Positions 37,057 through 45,837 of a stretch of DNA of 64,000 nt are shown in pieces (the stretch's first letter is position 1; each line of letters starts with the position of its first letter). The notes under the pieces are model-generated. The model was given only the letters and a program-made list of their open reading frames with translations, ran no database searches and was not told the origin of the DNA. A program made the position numbers and the translations under genes. This DNA comes from Marine Group II euryarchaeote MED-G35 (GTDB lineage: Archaea; Thermoplasmatota; Poseidoniia; Poseidoniales; Thalassarchaeaceae): NCBI GenBank assembly GCA_002457155.1, contig NTJS01000003.1, forward strand, positions 1,201-65,200, read 5' to 3'.

Positions 37057-38756
37057 CAAATTTCCACCTCCCATCTTTTCATGACTTCTTCGGCTTCTTC
37101 TTTCGGCTCCGGAACTAGAATTTCTACTCTTTCTGCCATCAACATCGCACCTTGACCGTCAACTAAGCACCTCCCGTGCACCCCCATCTTTCTAGCTAGA
37201 ACACGATTTTTCAGGTTTGAAACAAAAACCTCTCTTCCAATATTGGATATCTCATTCTTGACATCATCCATCTCCATGCCCAGGAAAGCCTCGGCAGTTT
37301 CTCTACCGAGGATTAGACTAGCATTAGAAATCCCGTCATCTAGTACAAAGCGTAGCCTCAGATCTTCTTCTCCAATCTTAGACCCGTGTTCTGAGCAAGA
37401 ACCATCTCTTAGCACCCTTCTACATTCGGGACATCTCTCAATCATCCCCGAGTCTGGTCTTATCATCACGATACTTCCTGAAGTTGAAATTCCCCTTCGG
37501 GATCCCCCTCGTGTAAGACTAGTCAGGCCAACCTCTACCCAATGATTCTGTGGATCTATTGTATCCCATGGTGATTCGGATAGAACCTTCACCTGATTCA
37601 TGTCATCTATGACTAGGTCAGGAGAGCCCTGCCAGAACTGAACCCTTCCCCCTTCGATCATTATGGTTTCCCCGGGACTGGGATCGAATTCGCACCATGC
37701 CGTGAGTCTACATCTTCCACTGGGGTCCATCACGTCCCCGCTCCTAACCGTCTTGGATTCACCATTCTGGCTTTCGAATGTTCTTTTTTCCCAACTCTCA
37801 ACCTGCAATATGATAGACACGTCCCTCATTCCATTTCTCAGGTCAGCGATGCTCACTTTCTCCGACTTCGCTAACTCGCTAACCTCTGGGAAGGATGTAT
37901 CGTGATATGCCTCGATTACAGTACCATCATTGATTTGAATCTCCGGCGTCTCTCGGAACTTCCTTACGGACGCTCCAACGATCTTCACTAGCGATCCTTC
38001 TTCATGCTCGAAATCCTTCCATGAGAGGAAGCCTATGCTGCCCGATGAATCGGATATCCTCCCACGAACTATGGGGATCTCCCCACTCCCGTCCTTTCTA
38101 ACAATTACATCGGACTTTGTTGACATGACTCTCCCGACCACGTTTACGAACCCCTCAATCTCAGAGGCCCTTGCGATACTCCATGGCTCGTTGCTTGTTG
38201 GTGGTGCCGCACCACTCCCCTCCTTCACAACTGTCACCCTAGTCGTTCTGTTGATGTTCAGGGACCGCTTCCCGTTCCATTCGTTTACGGAGGCACCCTC
38301 TAGCCTTACGACTGAACCAGGAATCATGGACTCGCCTTTGTTCCCCCAGTCTTTGTAATCCCATCGAACCCTCTCGGAGCTAGCCTCATGGGGGTTGTCT
38401 TCTATCCACCCAAAGGCAATCTGCTTCTCCTCGCCCCTAACCATCTGGGTTCTTGGCGTATAGGAAACAACTGCCACTTCGATTGCAACATTTCTGTCGT
38501 CGGCATCCAACTCTGAGAACCTGTCCACCTTTTTCTCTTCACGGACTGGTGGGGAGGTATTGGTTGAAACCTCAGCACCAGTGGAAACCTGGAACTTCCT
38601 TATTACGGACCTCAATGCATCCTCGGGAGGGATCAGGAAGTCCCCCTCATACCTAGCAAACTCCTTCCCAATCTCCTCTTCTTTGGCATTGGGGCACTCT
38701 TGCTTCACTATTGCTATCTGGTTTGCATACTTCGTCTGGTCACTCATGTCTATCAC
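37056..38756 (-). CDS. rpa: Replication protein A (multi-OB-fold ssDNA-binding protein with zinc finger)
   Basis: 566 aa with repeated OB-like segments and the zinc motif CPECRRVLRDGSCSEHG near the C-terminus, typical of euryarchaeal RPA/RFA1. Confidence 0.8.
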   Translation of the reverse strand: MIDMSDQTKYANQIAIVKQECPNAKEEEIGKEFARYEGDFLIPPEDALRSVIRKFQVSTGAEVSTNTSPPVREEKKVDRFSELDADDRNVAIEVAVVSYTPRTQMVRGEEKQIAFGWIEDNPHEASSERVRWDYKDWGNKGESMIPGSVVRLEGASVNEWNGKRSLNINRTTRVTVVKEGSGAAPPTSNEPWSIARASEIEGFVNVVGRVMSTKSDVIVRKDGSGEIPIVRGRISDSSGSIGFLSWKDFEHEEGSLVKIVGASVRKFRETPEIQINDGTVIEAYHDTSFPEVSELAKSEKVSIADLRNGMRDVSIILQVESWEKRTFESQNGESKTVRSGDVMDPSGRCRLTAWCEFDPSPGETIMIEGGRVQFWQGSPDLVIDDMNQVKVLSESPWDTIDPQNHWVEVGLTSLTRGGSRRGISTSGSIVMIRPDSGMIERCPECRRVLRDGSCSEHGSKIGEEDLRLRFVLDDGISNASLILGRETAEAFLGMEMDDVKNEISNIGREVFVSNLKNRVLARKMGVHGRCLVDGQGAMLMAERVEILVPEPKEEAEEVMKRWEVEI

Positions 38757-38981
38757 CCGTATCAGAGATTGGGTGACGAGACTATTTCAACCAACGATCC
38801 ATTTGGCCATAGATACACCAGACACGACGTTACTTGGGAAACGATTGTCAGTGCGTGTTGGGGAAGACTCGGCACCTCATTACCTCCGGAGATGCCTGTT
38901 CGAATCGGCGGTCTTTGAACGTGCCCATTGAATTCCAAGTGTACCGACGGCGTTTTCTCTGGTTGCCTCTACGGACTGCCA

Positions 38982-39533
38982 ATGGGCGTTTCCGAACTGT
39001 GCCATTTCGGAGTTCTGACTGCCTCTGACAGAGCTAGTTCGGGAGAGTACGAGGACCTAAGTGGACCGGCCATCGAGTCATTCCTCCAAGATGCTGTGAC
39101 ATCACAGTGGAAAGTCATTAGGAGACTTGTAGCAGATGAGAAGGAGGACATAGAGGAGGCTATCGTCGATCTAATCGACAACCAGGGATGCTCCGTCGTC
39201 GTTACCACGGGGGGGACCGGCCCATCTCCAAGGGACGTAACGCCCGAGGCGACCGAGGCAGTCTGCGATAGGATGCTTCCCGGCTTTGGTGAGCGGATGC
39301 GCTCCATTTCGATGAATTACGTTCCCACTGCGATGCTCTCAAGACAGACGGCTGGAGTCAGAGGCTCCTCATTGGTGATCAACCTCCCCGGCTCTCCAAG
39401 ATCAATAAGGGAGATTCTTGACTCGGTCTTTGCGGCCGTCCCTTACTGCGTCGATCTGATCGGGGGCCCCTACATTACAACAGATTCTGAGGTGGTGGAC
39501 TCATTCAGACCTCCACACGCGCGACGCGAATGA
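38982..39533 (+). CDS. mog: Molybdopterin adenylyltransferase-type protein (MogA/MoaB family)
   Basis: GVLTASDRASSGEYEDLSGPAI and VVTTGGTGPSPRDVTPEAT signatures. The start is set at the internal ATG at 38982. Confidence 0.8.
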   Translation: MGVSELCHFGVLTASDRASSGEYEDLSGPAIESFLQDAVTSQWKVIRRLVADEKEDIEEAIVDLIDNQGCSVVVTTGGTGPSPRDVTPEATEAVCDRMLPGFGERMRSISMNYVPTAMLSRQTAGVRGSSLVINLPGSPRSIREILDSVFAAVPYCVDLIGGPYITTDSEVVDSFRPPHARRE

Positions 39534-40390
39534 TTCATCCGAGGAACTGGTTTCGGAAGGCTATGGCGAAGATGAAGACGGGCGTCGGCAGTACCGACAG
39601 AGCAAATGATGAGATCCGAGAAATCGAGGTCAAGATAGACTTCACCCCCAATGCTCTGGCATCTATCCTGTACAACCAGGGAAACACGCAGGTGCTAGTG
39701 TGCGTAACCAAGGCGCCATCACTACCAAGATGGTTCCCAAGGGATTCTGACAGGGGCTGGGTTCATGCCGAGTACTCTCTACTGCCAGGCTCAACAGACA
39801 CTAGATTCCGCAGGGAAAGAAGCGGGGCCAAGGGTAGGACGATGGAGATTGAGAGGCTAGTGGCAAGATCTCTGAGAGGGGCTGTCGACCTAGAGCAACT
39901 AGGCCCAGTGGCCCTCACCGTCGACTGTGACATACTGAATGCTGACGGAGGGACGAGGTGCGCCTCGATCACGGCAGCAAATATCGCTCTCAGGCTCGCA
40001 GTCAGACGCTTAATCGCCTCGGGCGAGTGCCTCCCTAAGGGGAAGAGACTGACCAGGGAGGAGATTAGGAAGGGGGCGGAGAAGGAAAAACTCAGTCAGA
40101 AAGAGATGGATTCGCACGAGATGTCCGTGATGCCAAACGATGTGGCCGCCATCAGCGTGGGCATGGTTGAAGGACAGGTTTGGACAGACCTGGATTACAT
40201 CCTCGATAGCAATGCGGATGTGGACATGAACGTCGTGATGACAAGTGCAGGTGAATTCGTAGAAGTCCAAGGTACTGGCGAGGAGGCGACCTACTCTAGG
40301 AAGGATCTGGATTCCCTGATCGATGCGGCAGAGGTAGGAATTTCCAAATTGCACCAACTCCAGACTGACATCCTCTCGGATGCAAGTTGA
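39530..40390 (+). CDS. rph: Bacterial-type ribonuclease PH with an internal insertion of about 35 aa
   Basis: GWVHAEYSLLPGSTDTRFRRERSGAKGRTMEIERLVARSLRGAVDLEQLG...TVDCDILNADGGTRCASITAANIAL...DMNVVMTSAGEFVEVQGTGEE follows E. coli RNase PH nearly block for block. The insertion is PKGKRLTREEIRKGAEKEKLSQKEMDSHEM. Confidence 0.85.
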   Translation: MIHPRNWFRKAMAKMKTGVGSTDRANDEIREIEVKIDFTPNALASILYNQGNTQVLVCVTKAPSLPRWFPRDSDRGWVHAEYSLLPGSTDTRFRRERSGAKGRTMEIERLVARSLRGAVDLEQLGPVALTVDCDILNADGGTRCASITAANIALRLAVRRLIASGECLPKGKRLTREEIRKGAEKEKLSQKEMDSHEMSVMPNDVAAISVGMVEGQVWTDLDYILDSNADVDMNVVMTSAGEFVEVQGTGEEATYSRKDLDSLIDAAEVGISKLHQLQTDILSDAS

Positions 40391-40466
40391 TGGTGGGACT
40401 GGCCGGACTTGAACCAGCGGCCTCCGCATCTTCAGTGCGGCGCTCTCCCAACTGAGCTACAGTCCC
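40391..40466 (-). tRNA. tRNA-Phe (anticodon GAA), CCA encoded
   Basis: The reverse complement folds as GGGACTG-TA-GCTC-AGTTGGGA-GAGC-G-CCGCA-CTGAAGA-TGCGG-AGGCC-GCTGG-TTCAAGT-CCGGC-CAGTCCC-A-CCA. Confidence 0.9.
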
Positions 40467-40576
40467 GTAGCATCCCCGCCACCACCGTCCTGACTTCAAG
40501 CCTTCCTAGTACAGGGGGTGGGGAACAAACTCCGTTCCGGCACTAAGTAGAAAGCCCACTCGACATAAGAGGGGTC

Positions 40577-43500
40577 ATGAGTCAGAGCCCACAAAATACA
40601 GTCCTACGTTCAGATTACGATGCATCGATCATCGGATTATACGCATCCCTAGTCGCAGGCGGGCTAATGCTGGCCTATGCGATATACTACGTCACCGTCG
40701 TAAATGTCAGCAACGACTACTCGTTCCTGACCCTGGGAATCATTACCGGAGCCACAGCAGTTTCCGTGATAGGAATGCACGAGTGGTTCAGGCATCAATA
40801 CGGGAAAGATAGGGCGGAGAACCCGATAGAGGAGTACGGCGGGGCAATAGCGGTTCTGATGGGGGCCCTCTCAGCAGTGTGGTTATGCCGATTCGCAGTA
40901 TTCTACGCGGGACTAGAGATGGAGTGGATAGAAGTCCAAGAAGGGGAGGTTTGGATGCCAGTCTGGCTAGCTGCACTGCAGACAGCGGCAATTCTTCTGG
41001 TGATGGAGATCAGCACCTTCTCAATCCGGAGGCACTCACTCGGGACCCTCCCAAGGACTGTGGTGGTGCTAGCCCCCTTGGCCGTGGTTTTCAGCGGGAT
41101 CGAGATATGGCTAGAATACTCCAGAGGCGAGTTGGAGGAGTTCATCACCATCTCAGTCGTTCTTCTTACCGGTTCCGCCATCCTGTATTCACTCAGGCTA
41201 GACAGGGCCATCCTCTATCTCCTCGCCTCGGGCGCTGCAGTGGGGCTCCCGATTTTCATGTCCCTGAGCTCATGGGGGGAGACCGAGCACGCTAGCCTCC
41301 TGGTTCCTGTCGTTGTACTGGTCGGGATAACAGCCACCGATCGAAGCCTCTCCAAGAGAATGGTAGAGAACGGCTCCGGAGCGGTAGTGGCCGCTATCCT
41401 ATTCTGCCAGATCATCGCTGCCGACGGGACACATTTCATCATCGCGGGACAGACGCTTTCCCAGCAACCATTCGGGCTGACCTTCTGGCTCTGGGTCGCA
41501 CTGCTCGTGGGCTGGTTCGCTCCGACCACGATGCAGAGAACCCCTGCGATGCCGGTTGGCCTGGCCCTTGCACTGGCCTTGCTCTCCGACGAGGCAGCCA
41601 TGGTTGCATGGTTTGTTGGAGTCTCTGCCTTTGTCTACCTGGAGACCCATCCACAGGCTAGGGACTGGGTAGTCAGAGCCACATATGTCGCCATGGTTGC
41701 CTCATGGACGGTCTCCTCGTTCATCGGGGCAGGCGAGACGGAGGCTAACTTCCTAGAAGTCGGAGGACTAACTATAGGCGTCATCGATGGACTGTCTCTC
41801 CTTCTGTTCCCTACCGTCTTGGCTCTGGGCATCTGGGCTCAATCCAGAGGGAGGCTTAGGTTCTACGAGGGGCCTTCCCTCCTCCTCTTGTTAGCATCCT
41901 TCAATGCGGATCTTATCGAGGAGGCTCACCTTCTCTTTGTTGGAATAATCATAGTCGCGACCCTATATCAGCTGAACTCATTCCTGAGAACCAGGTCTGA
42001 AAGTGAGGAAAGCCAACTTGATTGGGGAACTGAGATCGCATTCCTGACCCTGATAGTTTCCCCAGTTGTTTTCTCATCACTATTTTCGTCCTTTGAATTA
42101 TCTTCAGATGACGTTGTTTCTAGAGTACTCCCGCTAGTAGCAGCCGTTGGGCTGTTCGCGATTTGCCATATTTGGAGGACGGAGAATGAGAGCCTCTCAT
42201 TGAGGCCAGAGATGGCAGCCATCCTCTTCCTGATCTTCGTCTTCCTGATGTCCAACATAGACTCTAGCGTGTTCGCAACCTCGTCTACAGATACCATCAG
42301 GATGACTCTCGCATGCACTGCCTTGGCCGTCGCCCTTCTGGCATTCGAGGGAGGAGCCGCCTTCCAAACTACTCCTTTGGAGAGGCTGATCGGAATCTCA
42401 TACCTCTCCATTGTCTCCATGGTCTCTGCTGTGATTATTTCAGATGAGGGTGCCGACATCCTTGCACGCTCTACTCGGGATCTCTTGATTATCGCAGCCC
42501 CATTGATAGTTAACTTCCGCCTGAAGACCTTGCTCGACCTCTCCCAGGAGGCACGCAACTTCGGGACTCTGACGCTGTCGATCCTGCTGATCATTGGTCT
42601 GACCGACACTTCCGGTGGCCTACTTGCCATTCCCGTGTTCGCAATTGCCGTTCAGAGGGCAGCGAAGCACGTTTCCACTCCGGTGCTGGCCTGTCTGCCG
42701 GTATTCGCTGTAATCTACGCGTCCTTCTTCGGCTCAAACCATGATGCTAACGACATCATTTGGAACATCATGGCAGAACTGCCGTACTTGGGAGAGACTA
42801 CCGATGTGCTGGTTTTCGACACCCCGAGGTGGGCGTCGATACTAATGTTCTCCATCCCAGCTGCAGTCGCATTCTACCTGCCCTCGGAGGGGGCACGCGA
42901 GGAAGGATCACGATATGGCCCCGAGCAACTGTTCGGGCCCGGATTGGCATTTCTCATGGGGGTCGCCTTCCTGCTCCCAGATCCAAGAGCCGCACCAATA
43001 CTCATCGTGGCCGCCCTCACATATGCAGCTTGGAAGAATGGCGTCGTCCTTTGGTTCTGGGTATCCCCGCTAGCTTGGTTCTGGGCATCATCACAGCTTT
43101 TCGACTACCTAGGTAGTGGTCCCATTGGTGACGAATATGCAAGGGTCGTCGGGGGACTGGTCGGAATGGTCCAGTATGCCCTAGTCCGGAATGGGTTGCT
43201 ACTGAATAATGCCGTCCGTGATTCCTTCGAACAAGACACCAACTTCTATGACTACATTGGCGCAGCGTCGTGCTTGCAAGGGTACTCCTTCTTACTTCTT
43301 TCAGGAGGGGTCTCCGGTGCTATACCGTTCATATCGGCCCTGCTCGCAGCCTGGGACGGGCTCAGGAACGGGATCCCGATGCTCCTTCACGGATCTGTCT
43401 TCGTGCAGTCCGTGACGCTTTGGCGGTGGTTCGATGAGGATTTCTCCACCCATACCGACAATGCGTTACTGTGGCCGATTGCTATTGGGCTGGCCATGGT

Positions 43501-44287
43501 GTACCTCTCTTGGTCGAGGAAGGACCCATATGGTCAGGTCGTCGAGGAAATGGTGACTATTATCCCTGAGAAATCTGTCAACGATGCATTCGATATCGAG
43601 AAGGACTTCGGCCTGTTTGGCTCTGCCTTTTTCCTCTTCGCAATGCTAATCTACTCCAATTCGATAGATTTTGAGGTTGCCTTCGGAATCTCGATAGTGA
43701 TTCTCTCCCTCCATCATGTGGTCGTAGGCTTCAGCCGTGACCATGGATGGAGGCGGATGATCAGCCTAGTCGGCATGCCATCTGGACTGATATTCACAGG
43801 CATGGAACTCAGCGATCTTACTATGGTCGTAATGCTATTCCTGGCTGCGCTCACACTGATCGGGCAAGCGGTCCTGTATGCTTCGCGCGGAGGTCTAGAG
43901 ATTGGCAGTACCATCGAGGGGGCAACTCCATTCGTCTCTGAGATCGGAGTCCCCGACTACGAGCCAGAAGCGCCTTTGATGGACAAAGATGACTCCTCCG
44001 AACTGGTGACTTCCGAATTATCCGATCCGTCGGAGGCCATCGACGACTCATCCGAGGAAGAAGAAGCCGAGTCAGAGCCAGTTGAGGCTCGACCGCCCTC
44101 CCCTCTATTCGCATCGGACATAGTCCCCTTCGGGATTAGATTAGATCCTCCATTGGTCTCCAACCTAAGGGAAATGATTGCTGCAAACAACAATGTTGAC
44201 TTCAACAAGTGGTCCCCTGTACTGGGAATCAGTAGCAACGGTGCTATAGTTCTCAATTGGGAAATTAAGGGCACTGAGGAGGAGTGA
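40577..44287 (+). CDS. Very large polytopic membrane protein (1236 aa, on the order of 30 hydrophobic helices) with an acidic C-terminal tail; function unknown
   Basis: A single uninterrupted ORF of almost continuous hydrophobic segments, followed by about 130 hydrophilic residues including DDSSEEEEAESEPVE. No transporter or enzyme signature recognised. Confidence 0.6.
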   Translation: MSQSPQNTVLRSDYDASIIGLYASLVAGGLMLAYAIYYVTVVNVSNDYSFLTLGIITGATAVSVIGMHEWFRHQYGKDRAENPIEEYGGAIAVLMGALSAVWLCRFAVFYAGLEMEWIEVQEGEVWMPVWLAALQTAAILLVMEISTFSIRRHSLGTLPRTVVVLAPLAVVFSGIEIWLEYSRGELEEFITISVVLLTGSAILYSLRLDRAILYLLASGAAVGLPIFMSLSSWGETEHASLLVPVVVLVGITATDRSLSKRMVENGSGAVVAAILFCQIIAADGTHFIIAGQTLSQQPFGLTFWLWVALLVGWFAPTTMQRTPAMPVGLALALALLSDEAAMVAWFVGVSAFVYLETHPQARDWVVRATYVAMVASWTVSSFIGAGETEANFLEVGGLTIGVIDGLSLLLFPTVLALGIWAQSRGRLRFYEGPSLLLLLASFNADLIEEAHLLFVGIIIVATLYQLNSFLRTRSESEESQLDWGTEIAFLTLIVSPVVFSSLFSSFELSSDDVVSRVLPLVAAVGLFAICHIWRTENESLSLRPEMAAILFLIFVFLMSNIDSSVFATSSTDTIRMTLACTALAVALLAFEGGAAFQTTPLERLIGISYLSIVSMVSAVIISDEGADILARSTRDLLIIAAPLIVNFRLKTLLDLSQEARNFGTLTLSILLIIGLTDTSGGLLAIPVFAIAVQRAAKHVSTPVLACLPVFAVIYASFFGSNHDANDIIWNIMAELPYLGETTDVLVFDTPRWASILMFSIPAAVAFYLPSEGAREEGSRYGPEQLFGPGLAFLMGVAFLLPDPRAAPILIVAALTYAAWKNGVVLWFWVSPLAWFWASSQLFDYLGSGPIGDEYARVVGGLVGMVQYALVRNGLLLNNAVRDSFEQDTNFYDYIGAASCLQGYSFLLLSGGVSGAIPFISALLAAWDGLRNGIPMLLHGSVFVQSVTLWRWFDEDFSTHTDNALLWPIAIGLAMVYLSWSRKDPYGQVVEEMVTIIPEKSVNDAFDIEKDFGLFGSAFFLFAMLIYSNSIDFEVAFGISIVILSLHHVVVGFSRDHGWRRMISLVGMPSGLIFTGMELSDLTMVVMLFLAALTLIGQAVLYASRGGLEIGSTIEGATPFVSEIGVPDYEPEAPLMDKDDSSELVTSELSDPSEAIDDSSEEEEAESEPVEARPPSPLFASDIVPFGIRLDPPLVSNLREMIAANNNVDFNKWSPVLGISSNGAIVLNWEIKGTEEE

Positions 44288-44331
44288 GGAAAGATAACCA
44301 AGGGCCCCCTGGGGCCCTAGAGAATTCTGAC

Positions 44332-44538
44332 TCACTCTTCTTCTGCGTCGCCGATCTTTCTGACGTTGACTGCATTTGGCCCCTTGGGACTCTCTCCAAC
44401 TTCGAACTCGACCAGGTCTCCCTCGCCAATCCTTCCTTCTACTTCGGTAGTATGGACGAAGAGGTCATCACCATCTTCTCGTCCAATGAAACCAAATCCT
44501 TTCACATAGTTGAACCACTTCACAGTTCCTGTCGCCAT
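44332..44538 (-). CDS. csp: Cold-shock domain protein (CspA family)
   Basis: [15 protein letters not shown] (RNP1) and DLFVHTTEV (RNP2-like). 68 aa. Confidence 0.9.
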   Translation of the reverse strand: MATGTVKWFNYVKGFGFIGREDGDDLFVHTTEVEGRIGEGDLVEFEVGESPKGPNAVNVRKIGDAEEE

Positions 44539-44595
44539 GAACCCACGGCCCCAAAACAGGTTATTGAACTAGACTGCTGATTGAGGTCCCTTAAC

Positions 44596-45759
44596 CTAGA
44601 ACACATCATCCTCATCCGCAGACTCGTCAAACGAAATCATTTCTCCGGATTTGCCACCCTTGCCCTTGGTAGCGGCCTTCTTTGCTGGGGCCTTCTTTGC
44701 TGGGGCCTTCTTTGCTGGGGCCTTCTTGGGCGGCTCCTCCGCATCTCCTGTCAATTGGCTCTTCCTAGCAGCCGCAGCCTCCTCCTCCCTCTTCTTCAAC
44801 TCCTCTGGATCGATTCCCTGCTGGGCTGCAAGCTTAGCCCTACGCTCGTCACGAGCTCTGATCTCCAGCAGGCGCTGCCTCGCCTTGTCATAGTGCTGAA
44901 GCATGTACATTGCATCGTGCTCTAGTAGCGGGGAATCTGAGATTATCGTGATGTCCATCCAATCACCTTCCTCTGCCAGGTACTCTGCGAAGGGCTCGAA
45001 CTTCAGGTCAGACTTCTTGATCTGGGTGTAGTGGAGTGCGTTCCCCATCCTGTGCTCGACTCCTGCGAAGTGGCAATAAAAAGTGGAACCACCGTAGGTT
45101 TCTCTGGCTTGGTCGAACAGCTCCGCATAATCCTCGCTGGTCCTAAGCCTGCCGTGCCCTCGAGCGTGAATGTGACCCATGTTCAAAACTGGAACAGTCC
45201 CTTCTACGTGGTTGCAGACTTCCAGAACCTCCTCGACGGTCCCCCAAAGCTCCTGCCTCCCCGAGGTCTCAATCCCAACCAGTGATGGCTCCGACTCATG
45301 GACCCAAGGGAATGCGGCGTAATCCTCCTCCTCCTCTTCGACACCCCATACCTCTCTGACTCTCTCGACAATTCCCGACATGACGTTTGCGACCTGTTCG
45401 TTCGCCGCCGTCCCCGGGTCGTACTCTCCATACGGGCCAACGTGGAATGTCAGGTGTCTAGCGTTGATTATCTTGCCAGCCTGCAGGCTCGTCTCCATCT
45501 TTGAAAGGGTCCTGTTCCTCTCCCTCTTGTTCCCAAGTAGCTCTGCGTAGTAAGGCCCATGCATGTTCATCTCGAAGTCAGACTTCCACGACAAGATGCC
45601 AGCCTGCCAGTATTGGTCAAAGTGCTGGGGTTGGATGGTTCGGACTGTCTGAACCTCCATTGCATCCAATCCCAATACAGTGATGTCGTCCATCCCCTCG
45701 ACAATGGTGCGGCCCTTGCAAGAGAGGGGAACTCCTGCTGGCCCTAGTTTGAGTGGCAT
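44596..45759 (-). CDS. Xylose-isomerase-like TIM-barrel protein (AP endonuclease family 2 / EndoIV-related) with a C-terminal Lys/Ala/Pro-repeat basic tail and an acidic tip
   Basis: LKLGPAGVPLSCKGRTIVEGMDDITVLGLDAMEVQ, with later HG, HVG and HxxxH-type blocks (LTFHVGPYG, NMGHIHARGHG, CHFAGVEH). The tail is PKKAPAKKAPAKKAPAKKAATKGKGGK...ESADEDDVF. The start is set at the ATG at 45759. Confidence 0.65.
   Translation of the reverse strand: MPLKLGPAGVPLSCKGRTIVEGMDDITVLGLDAMEVQTVRTIQPQHFDQYWQAGILSWKSDFEMNMHGPYYAELLGNKRERNRTLSKMETSLQAGKIINARHLTFHVGPYGEYDPGTAANEQVANVMSGIVERVREVWGVEEEEEDYAAFPWVHESEPSLVGIETSGRQELWGTVEEVLEVCNHVEGTVPVLNMGHIHARGHGRLRTSEDYAELFDQARETYGGSTFYCHFAGVEHRMGNALHYTQIKKSDLKFEPFAEYLAEEGDWMDITIISDSPLLEHDAMYMLQHYDKARQRLLEIRARDERRAKLAAQQGIDPEELKKREEEAAAARKSQLTGDAEEPPKKAPAKKAPAKKAPAKKAATKGKGGKSGEMISFDESADEDDVF
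44674..44730. repeat. 15-bp tandem repeat (ggccttctttgctgg, three perfect copies plus one partial) encoding the AKKAP repeats
   Basis: Read directly: copies at 44674-44688, 44689-44703 and 44704-44718, and a degenerate copy at 44719-44730. Confidence 0.9.
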
Positions 45760-45837
45760 CCCTTTGGCCTCGCGGGTCCGGCCGAACGGGTGCCCCTTCA
45801 AAAGGAGTTTCAGGTGATGACTTCGCGGGAAGCCGGA

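Noticed and set aside
38757-38981. 225-bp intergenic region between rpa and mog containing a T-loop-like gttcgaatc (about 38902-38910). Considered as a hidden tRNA or ncRNA.
   Set aside because: The flanks give at most a 3-bp T stem, and no acceptor or anticodon arms can be built on either strand. It is most simply a divergent promoter region.
44581-44925. Plus-strand ORF with the striking repeat LLCWGLLCWGLLCWG.
   Set aside because: It is the antisense reading of the 15-bp tandem repeat that encodes AKKAPAKKAP in the well-supported minus-strand TIM-barrel gene.
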